NCBI GenBank assembly: GCA_965644295.1
Contig: CBFFRP010000184.1
Span: forward strand, 1 to 64,000
Source: Paraphysomonas bandaiensis
Taxonomy: Eukaryota; Protista; Chrysophyceae
Direction of reading: 5' to 3'
Length of the DNA: 64,000 bases
The position numbers were made by a program, and so were the translations under genes. Positions 12,410 to 24,909 of the stretch are shown here, piece after piece; the first letter of the stretch is position 1; each line of letters begins with the position of its first letter. Below the pieces are notes generated by a model. It saw only the letters and a program-made list of their open reading frames with translations. It was not told the origin of the DNA and made no database searches.

Positions 12410-14253
12410 ATGTTCCCCCCGGCTGTTAATTGGGGGCTTGAGATAGAGATAGTATCATACCTGTCTCTTAATGACTTATACATATTCGGGAAGAGTTGCA
12501 AGAAGGCGTTTCTGTTATTTCTGAGAGAGAGACAGTTCCGTCAGTGCTCGGCCAGCAGCTCGAACAGGTCCGTCTCTGCCAGTGTTGTTGCTGGATTTGT
12601 ATCACTCTATCATAGATTTTTATCGAAATATTGGAAGAGAGAGACTGTGGTCGTGACAAGTTATCCCCGGTGTGGTAACTCATATCTGAGACGCTTATTG
12701 GAGCACTGGAGTGGGACGATCACTGGAAGTGATAGTCACCCGTGTAGAACTCTCAGTTCGAGTTTGCTGCGCTGTGGGTATCAGGTAGTGATACGTTATA
12801 CCTAATTGTAGGCAATATTTGTTATGATAAGTACACTTTCTCAAGCAATTGGAGTATCTTTTTACAAGATAGTGTATCCGTACTATTTATAGTGTTGTAT
12901 ATAGTATGTGCCGTAATATATATCGCATTGATAGGGCGAGGGCGTCACAGATGATTCTGTCTGGTTCGTCAAAACGCATTTTCCCGAACGCTTGGGCTAT
13001 GTGAAATTCGATGCTGAACGAGGTATATTGTTGGTTAGGAATCCTTTTGACGCCATTCTCTCGTATTTTCACATGGGAATGACCAACACTCACAATAAGA
13101 GTCTATCAAAGAAGGTAAATACCTATATAACTTATTTGAAAGTTGTTATGGGTTGTTGTCCTTGAAGGCGTTTAGTGAGTTACAACACATCTGGCAGCCT
13201 TTTCTGAGGAATGAAATAAGAGTATGGGTCGAATTTTATAAATATTGGCTTAACTGTGCCGCCGGTCACCCGTATGGAACTTATGAACGTACAGACAAGC
13301 CTGCCATTGATAAAGCAGAATAATACATTATTATGTTTGTAATGTTTATGCTGTGATAATGTGACGCCAAATTTGTTCTAGTACTGCTATGTTGTCGACC
13401 TGTCATTTTGATACAGTCTATATCTCCCAACTGCCCCCTAATAACGAATTTTATAGGTCCTACAGATGTATCTAGCGTATGGACAGGCTCTCCAGAGCGT
13501 TTTGAGATGCCGTTGTTTATTGTTCGCTACGAAGATTTGTTACATGATACCAAGGTGAAGTCGAAATCATGCAAATTTGTATTTCTACAACTCGTTGTGC
13601 TGTTATGTATGCTGTAACACACTGAATTGTTCTGCTGTTTACGGTGGGTTGTTTTCGTTTCGGTAGGCGATAATGTCTCAAGTGAGTCGTTTTCTGAATG
13701 CTGGAAATCCTCCTCTGTGTATACACATGGACTCCAATAGTGGGAGCAGCGGGGCTGGATACGAGAGAAGAGAGGTATATACCTATGTTTTCATGTGTTT
13801 TTGTATTTCTAGAGATTTCATGACATACGAACTTGTTGTTTTTATCAGTGAGGAGCCTCTGAGTGGTTATGACTTCTTATATGTATGCAGGTTCATGCTC
13901 CAGGTGGATCTCTTAGGACAGCTTACACACCCGAGGATGTGAGCTTTATGCTGACACATTGTGGCGAACTCTTGACTACAATGGGTTACAGAGTCACAGC
14001 AGATACAAGTGCGATATCTGGAATGAAACTTGAAGTTTTACCTCAGACTTCACTTGCGTGGATGAGTTCCGACATGGAATGTACTTTTCGCAACCATTGT
14101 ACATGTACAGAAGATAGCTGTAACCGTGGAAAGGGTGTGATGAACCATAGATTTATGGTGCGTGGTTTGCATGACCCTTACGGAAGAAAAATAACATTTT
14201 TGAGGAAAAGCCTCACGCAGGATGACACAGTTCCCTTTGAAACTGCTTCGTAG
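12410..14253 (+). CDS. PAPS-dependent sulfotransferase (WSCD-like) with N-terminal F-box-like segment, multi-exon
   Basis: 5'-PSB motif VTSYPRCGNSYLRRLLE, VKTHFPER, 3'-PB motif LLVRNPFDAILSY and IVRYEDL, joined by GT-AG introns (first donor 12785). N-terminus LEIEIVSYLSLNDLYIFGKSCKK. Confidence 0.85.
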
Positions 14254-15111
14254 CCGGCACTAATAGATATTATTATAGAGAATACCAAGTGATAATATTT
14301 CTTCTATTTGTTGAAATACTTAAGTTTCTCTCAGATAGAACTGTAGTATACGTTAAATACAATGTGAAAACAGTAATACGTTGTCAAAATACTGTATGGC
14401 TATATAACCGTAAAACTGAAGTGTCATAATTATTCAAGATGCGGAAGTTTATCAGTGGTTGCTATCAGAATGATGAGCTTTATGCCCAATGACACAAGAT
14501 TGTGTATACAATAATAATAATCTATCTAGTATGACGACTCTACACTTCTTTAACTATCTAACGTATAAAAAGACCAAGAAGTCAATACGCATAAGTACTC
14601 CATACATGTCTATGTATTCATGTATTCTATATATATTTGCTATGCATCGTGAAGCAATTTCACTAGCTACAATAGATTTCCCTAGATGTTATCATCGTCG
14701 ATCATTCAAAACTAGGAAACCAGTAGATAGTTAATCATTATATCCACGTCCAATCAAACGATGTGGAAGATGATGTAATTACCTCATAGGCCATGCAAGT
14801 GATGTGAGTATGTTGCGGTATAATTGTTATTTACTTTTCTATTAACGAGTTTTCTGGATTGCTAATACAACAATGGCTACAGCAAAGACAACGGACATGA
14901 AAGGACTCTGCTATGAAGTGCATATATCTACGACAACAATGGCAATTTCCGTATAATTCGAAATAATTAGTTACAACACCATCATAGAATCATGCTGTAT
15001 ATACCTGCATATACTCATAAACAGCTCTCAGCATGATACCCTTATAAGTAAAGAAAACACATGATATTCGTCAGGACGGGCGTATGTAATTACCATCGGT
15101 GGTAAATGCAT

Positions 15112-18067
15112 TTAGGGAGCTAACGGCTCCACACCCATGTGAAAAGTAAGGGTCCCACCTTTCATAAGTTCTGAATAATTAATAGCATTGGTAACAACAT
15201 CCTGACCATTCCACGAGACACTCTGAACATACACATTCTCAGCAGAGTTATTTTTCGCTTCGATAATGAGCTCGGGGGACTGAGAGGCACCCGGTGCACC
15301 GTCAATATTTATGACTACTCTTTCAAAAAGAGGTGAACCGAATACGTAATCATCTGTGCCTATATACGCAATTCGTCGGTAACTATGCACAATAAAAAGC
15401 AATTCAATCTACGTACCAGGTGAGAGGGAATAGAGCCCAATGGATGTAAGAACATACCACGCTCCCATCTCTCCATTATCCTCGTCCCCAGAAAACATAT
15501 CCCATGTAGGATTATACAGATCACGCATCGCTTTACGCAAGTAGTATTGACCCTTCGCAGCACATACCCCAGTTACCCCTACATATATTTGTTACACAAA
15601 AGCAGAGAAGCTACAAGAATATATAAACAAACTGCACGTATTTACGGAATGCACTCGTCTGCATTACCTGCACTTGGGTCCACAGACCCAAACATATACA
15701 GCATATGGTGAACCGGTTGATTGTTGTGCTCGTATTGTCCCCAGCAGTTCACTGCCATTTCTGTCATTTCATGAATCTGCGAAGAGTAGTCTCCCAGGTG
15801 GTATACAGAAGCCATTGTCTGGGTTTGGTCCAACATAGCGCACATATCCAATTTAGCGTCAGCATACAATTCCGCAAGACCTGGGGCGTCATATGGAATT
15901 GAAAACCGATACTGCCAAGGCCCAGCCTCTGTGTAATCTCCACCCCACGCAAATTCATCGAACGGTTCTGTGAATTTTCCACTCGCAGCTTTCCTCGACC
16001 TCATAAATCCAGTTGAGAAATCAAACAAAAGCGAGTAGTTTGCTGCCCGATTTCGCAATGAAGTAGCAGTATCATAGTCACCTACAGCTTCGGCTGCTTT
16101 GGATATAGCGAAATCTGATTGGTAGTAGTCCAGGGTACGAGAAACTACCTCACTACAAGCTTCTGAGTGCGGTATATAGCCAAACTTGATGTAGGACTGT
16201 AAGCACTCTCTGCCCATTCCCTCTGAAGGTTTCTCTGGAGGCTCATAAGCATCTTTACAAATAGCCTCATACGCTGTTTGGACATCAAAACCTGATATAT
16301 ACAAACCGAATGCTTTAGTATTCGTAACACAAGAGATTGAAAATCTAGATAGACTTGAAAGTCAAAGACTCGTACATTACAGACATATTGAACCCATTGC
16401 ACAAAGTACATGCACCACCTGGAATTTTCTTAACGATCGCATCCGCTATGCTGACATCTCCCATGGTACCAACCATAGAGCCACGGTAGCCTGGGCTGGC
16501 CCATTTCGGTAGCCACCCACCTTCTTTGTATGCATTTACCCATCCTTGTAGAGTAGTGGAAAGAGCTGGTACATTCACCAGAGACAAGAGAGGGTCTGTA
16601 TCACACATTAGCAATGCAGATAGCACAAAAACTGTCATAAAATAGCTCTAGGAAGTATATGGAACTTACATACGGTACTGTAGGCATCCCAAAACCCTGA
16701 GTCGGTGGATAAGGGTCCGATGAAAACCTCCGAGCTGTCGACAAAGGGCGACCAGTGAACAATATTTCCGCTTTCATCCATCTCAGACAATTGTCGAGGA
16801 AATAACGACGCGCGGTAAAGCGAAGAGTAGAATGTCGTCAAGATGCTGTTGACTTCGTTGGACGTGTACGACGAGTGAAGTGACATGACGTTGGCTCGCA
16901 GCAATACCTCGTTCCACTCAGACTTTGAGGCTCGAAGTGTGTCGTCAAAGGTAACACCTACTGGAACTTCGTGTTGCATGTTTAGCAGCGCTTGCTCGGA
17001 CGATATGAATGAGGTGGCAATGCGAAGTGAAAGTGTGTCTGTCATTGAATCGGGGTGCAAGTCGATCCATGCTGCTTCGTTATTAGAGTTCGAAGATAGT
17101 ATGAATTCCGACGTCAAGGGTTTGTCGCCGTCATCACCTGTACATAGGGAATCATCGAGGTTTCATTAGGCAAGGACGTAACATTAACAGCCATAGTCAA
17201 ATTGAATAAAACAATGACACAAACGTTGTTCGACAGCAAAAGCACACTGTGTGGATATTCACATATTAGGATACACACCAGCATATATCCCAATAGCGAA
17301 CTTATGTCCAAACTTCTCTTGAGAAGGAACCCCTCCTGAATTAGCAGTTGATACACCAGTGATACCGATTGCGCCATCGCTTAGCGTAGTTATCTGTGAT
17401 GAGTCATTCCCACCATTCAAGCCAATCAATATTCGTCTGGTTTGATTAAAATCTGAATTTTCTTCGTGGGGAGGGAAAGTTACTTTGATAATAGCTCCGT
17501 GAGAAGTGGATGTAAGCTCCAGTGATGTGTACGACTCTAACGTACCATATGCCAATAAACTCACTTTGTAGAAATAAGGCGAATAGACAGTTTCTTTGGG
17601 GTTAAATGATGAGAACTGATGGATATCGTTATGCTTCGGATCTACAATATTGGCAGTGACAGTAAACTGGCCATAATCGCTAATCCAGGGACTTCATATA
17701 TATAATTACATAAGAGAATAAGAGGACAGCAGAGTGCTGACGGGTTACATACCTCGGCTGATGGGTGCAGCGAATACCATAGAATGAAACATCATAGGGG
17801 TGAAACCACCACGACCCTTCAGAGGTTGTTGTCATCGGTGACCAGCTGTTGAAGCCCCAAGGACGGGCCACAAGTGGCAGGACCTATACATATATATATA
17901 ACGATGAGTTAGTTCAGTTGAGATGACACACAGCAACACACATTCCCATGACTCAAATCATATCTTGAGTCCGTCCCTCCCAATATATCCACATACTCAA
18001 CAGGATTATCCACTCCCCATGTACGCCCAATGGCAGATACAAAGAGGAGAAACAACATAGATCTCAT
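15112..18067 (-). CDS. GH92 alpha-1,2-mannosidase, secreted, multi-exon
   Basis: Signal peptide MRSMLFLLFVSAIGRTWG, then YVDILGGT..SHGN|VLPLVARPWGFN, HQP|SPW, DSGFWD, LPKWASPGYRGSMVGT, SRTLDY, YTEAGPWQY, IHEMTEM, QYEHNNQP, GDEDNGEMGAW, GSPLF, YVQSVSWNG, GGTLTFHM. Confidence 0.93.
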
Positions 18068-18121
18068 AACCTGCTGTGAATAACAGCAGCTCTAACGAAC
18101 TGACATAATAACATCAGAACA

Positions 18122-18248
18122 ATGTATGTATGTATGTATGTATGTATGTATGTATGTATGTATGTATGTATGTATGTATGTATGTATGTATGTATGTATG
18201 TATGTATGTATGTATGTATGTATGTATGTATGTATGTATGTATGTATG

Positions 18249-18282
<34 letters not shown>

Positions 18283-18472
18283 TGTATGTATGTATGTATG
18301 TATGTATGTATGTATGTATGTATGTATGTATGTATGTATGTATGTATGTATGTATGTATGTATGTATGTATGTATGTATGTATGTATGTATGTATGTATG
18401 TATGTATGTATGTATGTATGTATGTATGTATGTATGTATGTATGTATGTATGTATGTATGTATGTATGTATG

Positions 18473-18503
<31 letters not shown>

Positions 18504-18764
18504 TTATGTATGTATGTATGTATGTAATTATGTATGTATGTATGTATGTATGTATGTATGTATGTATGTATGTATGTATGTATGTATGTATGTATGTATG
18601 TATGTATGTATGTATGTATGTATGTATGTATGTATGTATGTATGTATGTATGTATGTATGTATGTATGTATGTATGTATGTATGTATGTATGTATGTATG
18701 TATGTATGTATGTATGTATGTATGTATGTATGTATGTATGTATGTATGTATGTATGTATGTATG

Positions 18765-18798
<34 letters not shown>

Positions 18799-18912
18799 TG
18801 TATGTATGTATGTACGTATGTATGTATGTATGTATGTATGTATGTATGTACGTATGTATGTATGTATGTATGTATGTATGTATGTATGTATGTATGTATG
18901 TATGTATGTATG
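18122..18912. repeat. (TATG)n tetranucleotide microsatellite, ~790 bp
   Basis: Nearly perfect TATG array with a few TATA, TAAT and TACG variant units. Confidence 0.99.
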
Positions 18913-19041
18913 ATGGACTGGGTGCTGAGGCGGGATTTGATTGCTATGATGAAGGAAGCATCGCCGTTGGGGCCATTCTCCCCCCAGGCTTTGTGTCACC
19001 TCTGTGTGATATATCATAGACTGTGTTAGGCGTAGACAGAT

Positions 19042-22000
19042 ATGTTGTCGGACATATCTAAAGGCAGCAGCTTATATGATATGGGCACATATACGCTCAA
19101 CTTCTCTGCTAGGGATCATGAGAAATCCAAGAGAGGCATAGGAGAGATAGTATGGAACTACTTCGAAACACCCTTACTGCTTGTGAGTATCGGAATAGCC
19201 TCTGCCCTTCTCTCGTACATGCTCTCTTTCTCAGCTGATTTCAGTGAGATAAATAAGGACATACTCGCTCGGTCTGAAGGGGTCGTCATATGGGCTCTTT
19301 ATTCCATATCAAACGTTTCATTGGCATGTGTGTCGTTGTATGTTACTAATTTCTTGTGTCCTGAATCCATTGGAGGCGGTATTTCAGACATGAAGGTTAT
19401 ATTAAGCGGCAGTATTATGCAAACCAAGCTTTCGTTTCGACTCTTGCTTGCGAAATTAATTGGACTGTCATTTGCGCTGGCATCTGGCCTGTCTGTTGGA
19501 AAGGAAGGGCCATTAGTACAAATGACTTCTGCGATTGCAGAGCAATTGATGCGTTTCCCTTACTTCAGGTAAATAATGTTGTAGTACGCGTCATATATAT
19601 CTATTTGTAACTATATATTACTCTGTAGCAATACATACCAGAACACAAGTAAGAGGTTAGAGATTTTAGCATGTGCCTGTGCGGCAGGGATAACAGCAAC
19701 TTTTGGGGCGGCTTATGGAGGAGTCCTGTACTCCATAGAGGTTACTTGTACGACTTATATGTCCAGAAACCTTCCCAGGGCGTATCTCAGCAGCATCGTT
19801 GGAATGCTCGTGTTCTTGGCATTAGGTAAGTAGCATAGCACTTGAACTTAAAGAGCCTATATAACCATTGAGTTAGGCGCGACAAGTCATATTACACTGT
19901 ATACGAAAGTGAATGACAGATCTGACTATAGACGTGTCCACTCAACGACAGTGAAAATAAATGAAATGGTGTCAATGATTCTCTTGGGTACAATTTGCGG
20001 GATATTTGGAGTTTTATTTGTTATGCTTGTGAAGGTAGACTATTTTGTCTAGCGTGCAATAAATATTGTGTATTAGAATGTTGCGCGTTAAAAATCTTTT
20101 ATTTAACTCGATATGGTATTCTCAGGTGGTGTGTAAATTGAGAAATCGTCTTTTAGACAAGCGTCTTCCAAGGTACGGCTCTCGCATGTACAGTTGATAT
20201 ATCAGTGTTGGTATAATGCCATGTCTCAGAACGTAGTATCTGCAGTTATGGCGTGGAATTGTACCTTATTTTGTGTCCACATGATGTATCGTAGTAGTAT
20301 ATAGTAGCATGCATGATTGGATGTACTGGATATCTAATGTGAGTGACAGTTCCATTTTGAGTTCTCGCAAGTACTTGATAGTCAGTATTGTGGCACTTCT
20401 GATAACTCCAGTGATCTACTTGGAGCAAGGCTTCGGGTCCACTGTCAAGAATATTCCTCTGATTGATGTTGTTTTTCGAGTACAACCTGTTGAGCTCACC
20501 CCTCGCGTGTTGTTTTACTTTCCGGTGAAGTTTCTTATGACCATATTGTGTGTGACACTGCCTCTACCGGTGGGACTCTTTGCCCCTGTTTTCTTGTTAG
20601 GGGGAGTGCTTGGCCGCATTGTTGGTAAGATAATCGCTTTTCTGTGCAGTGTATTTTGTTTTTTGTGCGCATTCCTTAAATGTGGTGTAGACTATGAGTG
20701 AACATCCAGCGCGCACAGTCTCATGGGTTTATTGTATCATACAGGCCAGGTGATGTCTGATTATCCTGAGTGGAGTGGCGATATTCCAGCCCGTGAGTTC
20801 GCTCTGATTGGTGCTGCGGCTTTTTCCACCGGAGTTACAAGGTTGTTTACTGCAAGTAACGTCATTAATGGCCGTTGTTAGATTAATGCTGATCGTAAAC
20901 TGATAGCTGTCTCTGTCGTGAATATACCAGAAGTGTTCCAGCATGTATAGCCCTGATTTCTTGAAATCGCCACTACCTGATTCCGCGATGTTTTTATAGG
21001 GCGATATCCACTGCAGTGATTGTCTACGAGCTGTCGGGTCAACCCCACTTACACTTGCCACTATCAGGTCTGTCTGTGCTGGTACTTGCTGACCTTATTA
21101 TTCTCAATACAGGATGCAGTAAAATGTATTCAATCATCATTGCATTATATTGTGAATATTCATAGTTCATAGGTGTTTAGCTGTTAATGTGATTGCTTAT
21201 TCGTTCAGTTGCAATATTGGCTGCATATTTCACTTCGAACCGCTTTTCAAAGAATGTGTACGACATCTTAATAGGTATAGTATTCACTTCCGTGAATATA
21301 TTGAATGTACAATACATGGTATATGTTCTGTTTACCACACTGATTCTGTCCTCTTAACAAGCCCTAAATTCATTCGTACAGAATGTAGTGACGCGAACTA
21401 TCTGCCAATGCTTCCAAAGGAATTCTTCAATCGACCGGCAGCAGATGTCATGCTACCCGTCGATGGTAGAATGGTAAGCGGTGACTCCATTGTTGATGCT
21501 CTATTGCTTCTGTATCTCCCGTTTGATTTAAACCTTTTATATCAGGTGTTAGATCTCAACTCCACCTATCGGGATGCCATACAATTGACAGAGGAGCTAG
21601 AGTTATTGCCAGAATATGCTTCAGTACTCAATATAGCTGTTGTTTGCAACAAAGATGATATGGTTATCATTGGTATTGCCAACGCGGAGAACATGCGCAG
21701 TAAGATCGTTGATACTGGAGGAAAGAAAAGAGCACTCACATTAGAGGTGATGCTCTTCTGAGCACATATAGTAGTTACATGCAATAAGACGTTGATGTCG
21801 TTTTATACGTATATAGGCCTTAGATGTGAGTTCAGAACCGACATCCCAGGTGCGCAGATTTATCAGGAGTGTACAAACATCAGGATCCTTTGCATATGGG
21901 TAAGTGAGTACACTGAATGTGTGCTTCTAGATTGTGTAAATCAGTAAATTTTATTGTGCCGTATGCAGTGCTATATTATATACAGTATGTCATTTCCTAG

Positions 22001-23079
22001 GCCATGTATAATGGAATACTCTCTTATATTTTGAACAGGGAGTCGAAGGAGAATTATTTTGGCCACGAGGTAAGCTGCATGAAATGCCTTAATTGTATTG
22101 CTGTACATTGAGGAGAGCTATTTTGTGTTGATATTGCTCACTTGCGGTGCGTTAACAGAGAATCAAGTTCGTTATGCTGAAAGACAAAGGCGCTTCTCTG
22201 ATGGCCGTTCATACAGATGAGCTTCCGGGTTGGAAGTGGCAAGAGATATTCTCTGAGGAGAGTACAGGTTAGCTGATTTACCAACTTTCGGATAACAGTT
22301 ATGAAGTGGCCGTATACTGTTATGAAATTTCATATCTTAGGTTTTGTGTTCTCAGATGAAAACAAACGAGCTAGTCTGGATAGTATTCCAGATGCCGTGT
22401 ACAGTAGTACTCGCAGCGTCGGGTCGCAGCCGAGCCCTCGCAAAGTTGGGAGGAGCAGTATGGAAACCGACAGCAGCAGAGTTGCCCCTTACGTCCGCGT
22501 GGACCCTTCACCATACCAGGTACTATTGTTATCATATAATAGTCACAATATCATTGGGGAAACATTGCACTGAGAATATGACGACTCTTTTCGTGCCATA
22601 AATAACTATATTGATTACCCCTGCTGTACTATTTAGGTGGACGAAACAATGCACTTGAATAAAGTCGAGCTACTGATGCGCATGCTGAAGCTGAATGAGG
22701 TAAAAATCACTTTTCTTTCTGGATAAAGGGCGCACATTTATAGTCAATATATTTAGGTCTATGTCACCAGATCCGGGAAATTAGTGGGAATAATTACTCG
22801 TAGCAGTTTCAGCAGATACATAGGTGACAGAGAGAAACGGCCAATCGACAGTTGCTTTGAGTTCTGTGGAGTATTAAGGAAATCAATTTGCGGGGAAAAT
22901 TTCTGTGAAGACGGCAGAGGAATTCGAAGAACAACGAACAGTCGGTAAGTGCATGTTTAGTTTAGACTTGTATATCAATATATATGTGAACCTATAACTT
23001 ACTCTTTACTGATGTCTAATGTTCTAATGTTAGGTATATGCCTATTCCGTCATCAACATCTCACCACAGTAATCTCTAA
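19042..23079 (+). CDS. CLC-family chloride channel with C-terminal CBS domains, multi-exon
   Basis: GGGISDMK (GSGIPE-equivalent), GKEGP, CAAGITATFGA, GVLYSIEVT, PVGLFAP, GAAAFSTGVT, NVYDILI. CBS motifs PAADVM, VDPSPYQ, YVTRSGKLVGIITR. Last exon stops at 23077-23079. True start may lie upstream (~18909). Confidence 0.92.
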
Positions 23080-23362
23080 GTTAAAATTGCAATATAAGAT
23101 TATTTTGGTACACTGATAATTGTGATTTGTGTATATTTTTTGTAATACACAGTTTAGTGAAAAAGTTTTGAAGGACAAGAGTAGTATAAATAAATTGATT
23201 TTTGTGCTTTATTCTTCTCCGATCATCGTATTGGAGATATCTTTGTGACTGCCACTGTAGAATGTCGTAATTACAACTCGCTATGCTCACCGACGAAGTG
23301 GCCAGTATGTAGCATCATGAAAGAATAGTTTTACGTCGTAACGCACGGTAGAATTGTGACAG

Positions 23363-23567
23363 ATTATGACTCAGTATTCACTACTACTGCTGTGGTAAAA
23401 CACACATAATATAGTTAGAATTCATTGAATTCATGTATCTTTACTTATCACGACGTTGTGTTCTACTATTATGACTCAGTATTCACTACTACTGCTGTGG
23501 TACTAAAACACACATAATATAGTTAGAATTCATGTATCTTTACTTATCACGACGTTGTGTTCTACTA
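23363..23567. repeat. Tandem duplication of a ~100-105-bp unit
   Basis: ATTATGACTCAGTATTCACTACTACTGCTGTGG...CGACGTTGTGTTCTACT occurs at 23363 and 23468, with only small indels. Confidence 0.95.
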
Positions 23568-23727
23568 CATTACCACGTGAAATCGGCAGTACCTCGAAAA
23601 CTGAACTCCATGCTATTAAAATTCAAATTATATTTAACCTCATGTATCGTTTTTGAGCTACAGCCCATCGCTTTATTTTATCATCCAATTTCGACAATAA
23701 TTAAACCTGAAGTCGTATAACCAAATT

Positions 23728-24909
23728 CTACTTCTTGGAGTCAAAAGCTCCCTGATTTTCCTTCTGGAATTTGTGCATGAATTCACGAATATACTGCACC
23801 ACTTCAATGGGCTGGTGATTGTACATAGTGATACGAATTGCGTCTGTAGAAATACCCAGAGGATGCGAACGCACATCAAGCCATCCCATGTCAGCAGTCT
23901 CCTTCAAAAACTTTTCCACAAGTTCTCCGTCACGCCCTTCACCTGAGCCAATAGTAAATACGACTTGCATGCGAGAACGGAAGCGCCAGTCATTCACAAA
24001 GGTACGGTAGAAGCCATTGGACTCGTCAATATAGTTATACAGCAAGTTAGAACGGTCAATCGCAAGTTTCTCGTAAAACTCAACTCCACCACGCTCAAGC
24101 ATATATTCACAGGTGAGGTGACCAAGCCAGACAGAAAAAATTACAGGCACGTTCCAGATCTTATTAGGGGCAGTCTGGAATACATTCCAGTTGCACATCG
24201 TGGGAGTGTGAGGATGCACATCATCATTGATAAGATCCTTACGAATAATGGTGTAGCACACACCGCTAGTAGAGAAAATCTTGTGTGCAGCGGCGTATAT
24301 CACACCGTATTTGGAGATATCTACAGGCTTGGATCCGAAATTGGCACTTGCATCACAAACAAGTTCCACCCCTTTGGGAACGGCATCATACTCAAAGTCT
24401 TGGAATTCAAATCCCTGACGGGTATCAGCAGCTGTATAATGGACGTATTTGGAGTCAGCGGGGATATTCCAATCCTTTCCAGCAGGATAGTCGAAATAGA
24501 GCCCAGTGGGGTCTACATTAGCCTCATGGACATCGTCACAGAAAATCTTTGCCTCCTTTACTGACTTCTCAGACCAGTGACCACTCATCAAGTAAGTGGC
24601 TTTGCCTCCCTTGCTGCCCAATAGATTCATAGGGATAGCAGCGAACTGCAGTGTGGCTCCACCGTTAAAGAAGTGCACCTCATAGTTATCAGGAATATGA
24701 TTGAGCTTCCTGAAAGACTCCTCGGCTTGGTCCATGATAACATGAAAGTCCGATGTGCGGTATCCCATCTCAGCCACAGATATCTGTTTGCCCAGAGGGC
24801 TCAGGAACAGCTGCTGCGCCTTCTCCAACACCTCTACTGGTAGAGCCGCACAACCCGCGGACAGATTCACAATGCGCTTCGGCATCGTAGAAAATAAACG
24901 GCGCTGCAT
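23728..24909 (-). CDS. serC: Phosphoserine aminotransferase (class V PLP enzyme), intronless
   Basis: NLSAGCAALP, YEVHFFNGGATLQFAAIPMNL, GHWSEKS, VCDASANFGSKPVDISKYGVIYAAAHK (PLP Lys), RSRMQVVF, IRITMYN. Confidence 0.92.
   Translation of the reverse strand: MQRRLFSTMPKRIVNLSAGCAALPVEVLEKAQQLFLSPLGKQISVAEMGYRTSDFHVIMDQAEESFRKLNHIPDNYEVHFFNGGATLQFAAIPMNLLGSKGGKATYLMSGHWSEKSVKEAKIFCDDVHEANVDPTGLYFDYPAGKDWNIPADSKYVHYTAADTRQGFEFQDFEYDAVPKGVELVCDASANFGSKPVDISKYGVIYAAAHKIFSTSGVCYTIIRKDLINDDVHPHTPTMCNWNVFQTAPNKIWNVPVIFSVWLGHLTCEYMLERGGVEFYEKLAIDRSNLLYNYIDESNGFYRTFVNDWRFRSRMQVVFTIGSGEGRDGELVEKFLKETADMGWLDVRSHPLGISTDAIRITMYNHQPIEVVQYIREFMHKFQKENQGAFDSKK

Noticed and set aside
18064-19029. Long MYVC / HTYI repeat ORFs
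   Set aside because: They are translations of the stop-free (TATG)n tract in several frames, not proteins.
23363-23567. Possible CRISPR-like repeat
   Set aside because: Only two adjacent ~100-bp units without spacers, in eukaryotic DNA.
23965-24564. 199-aa plus-strand ORF
   Set aside because: Antisense shadow of serC.
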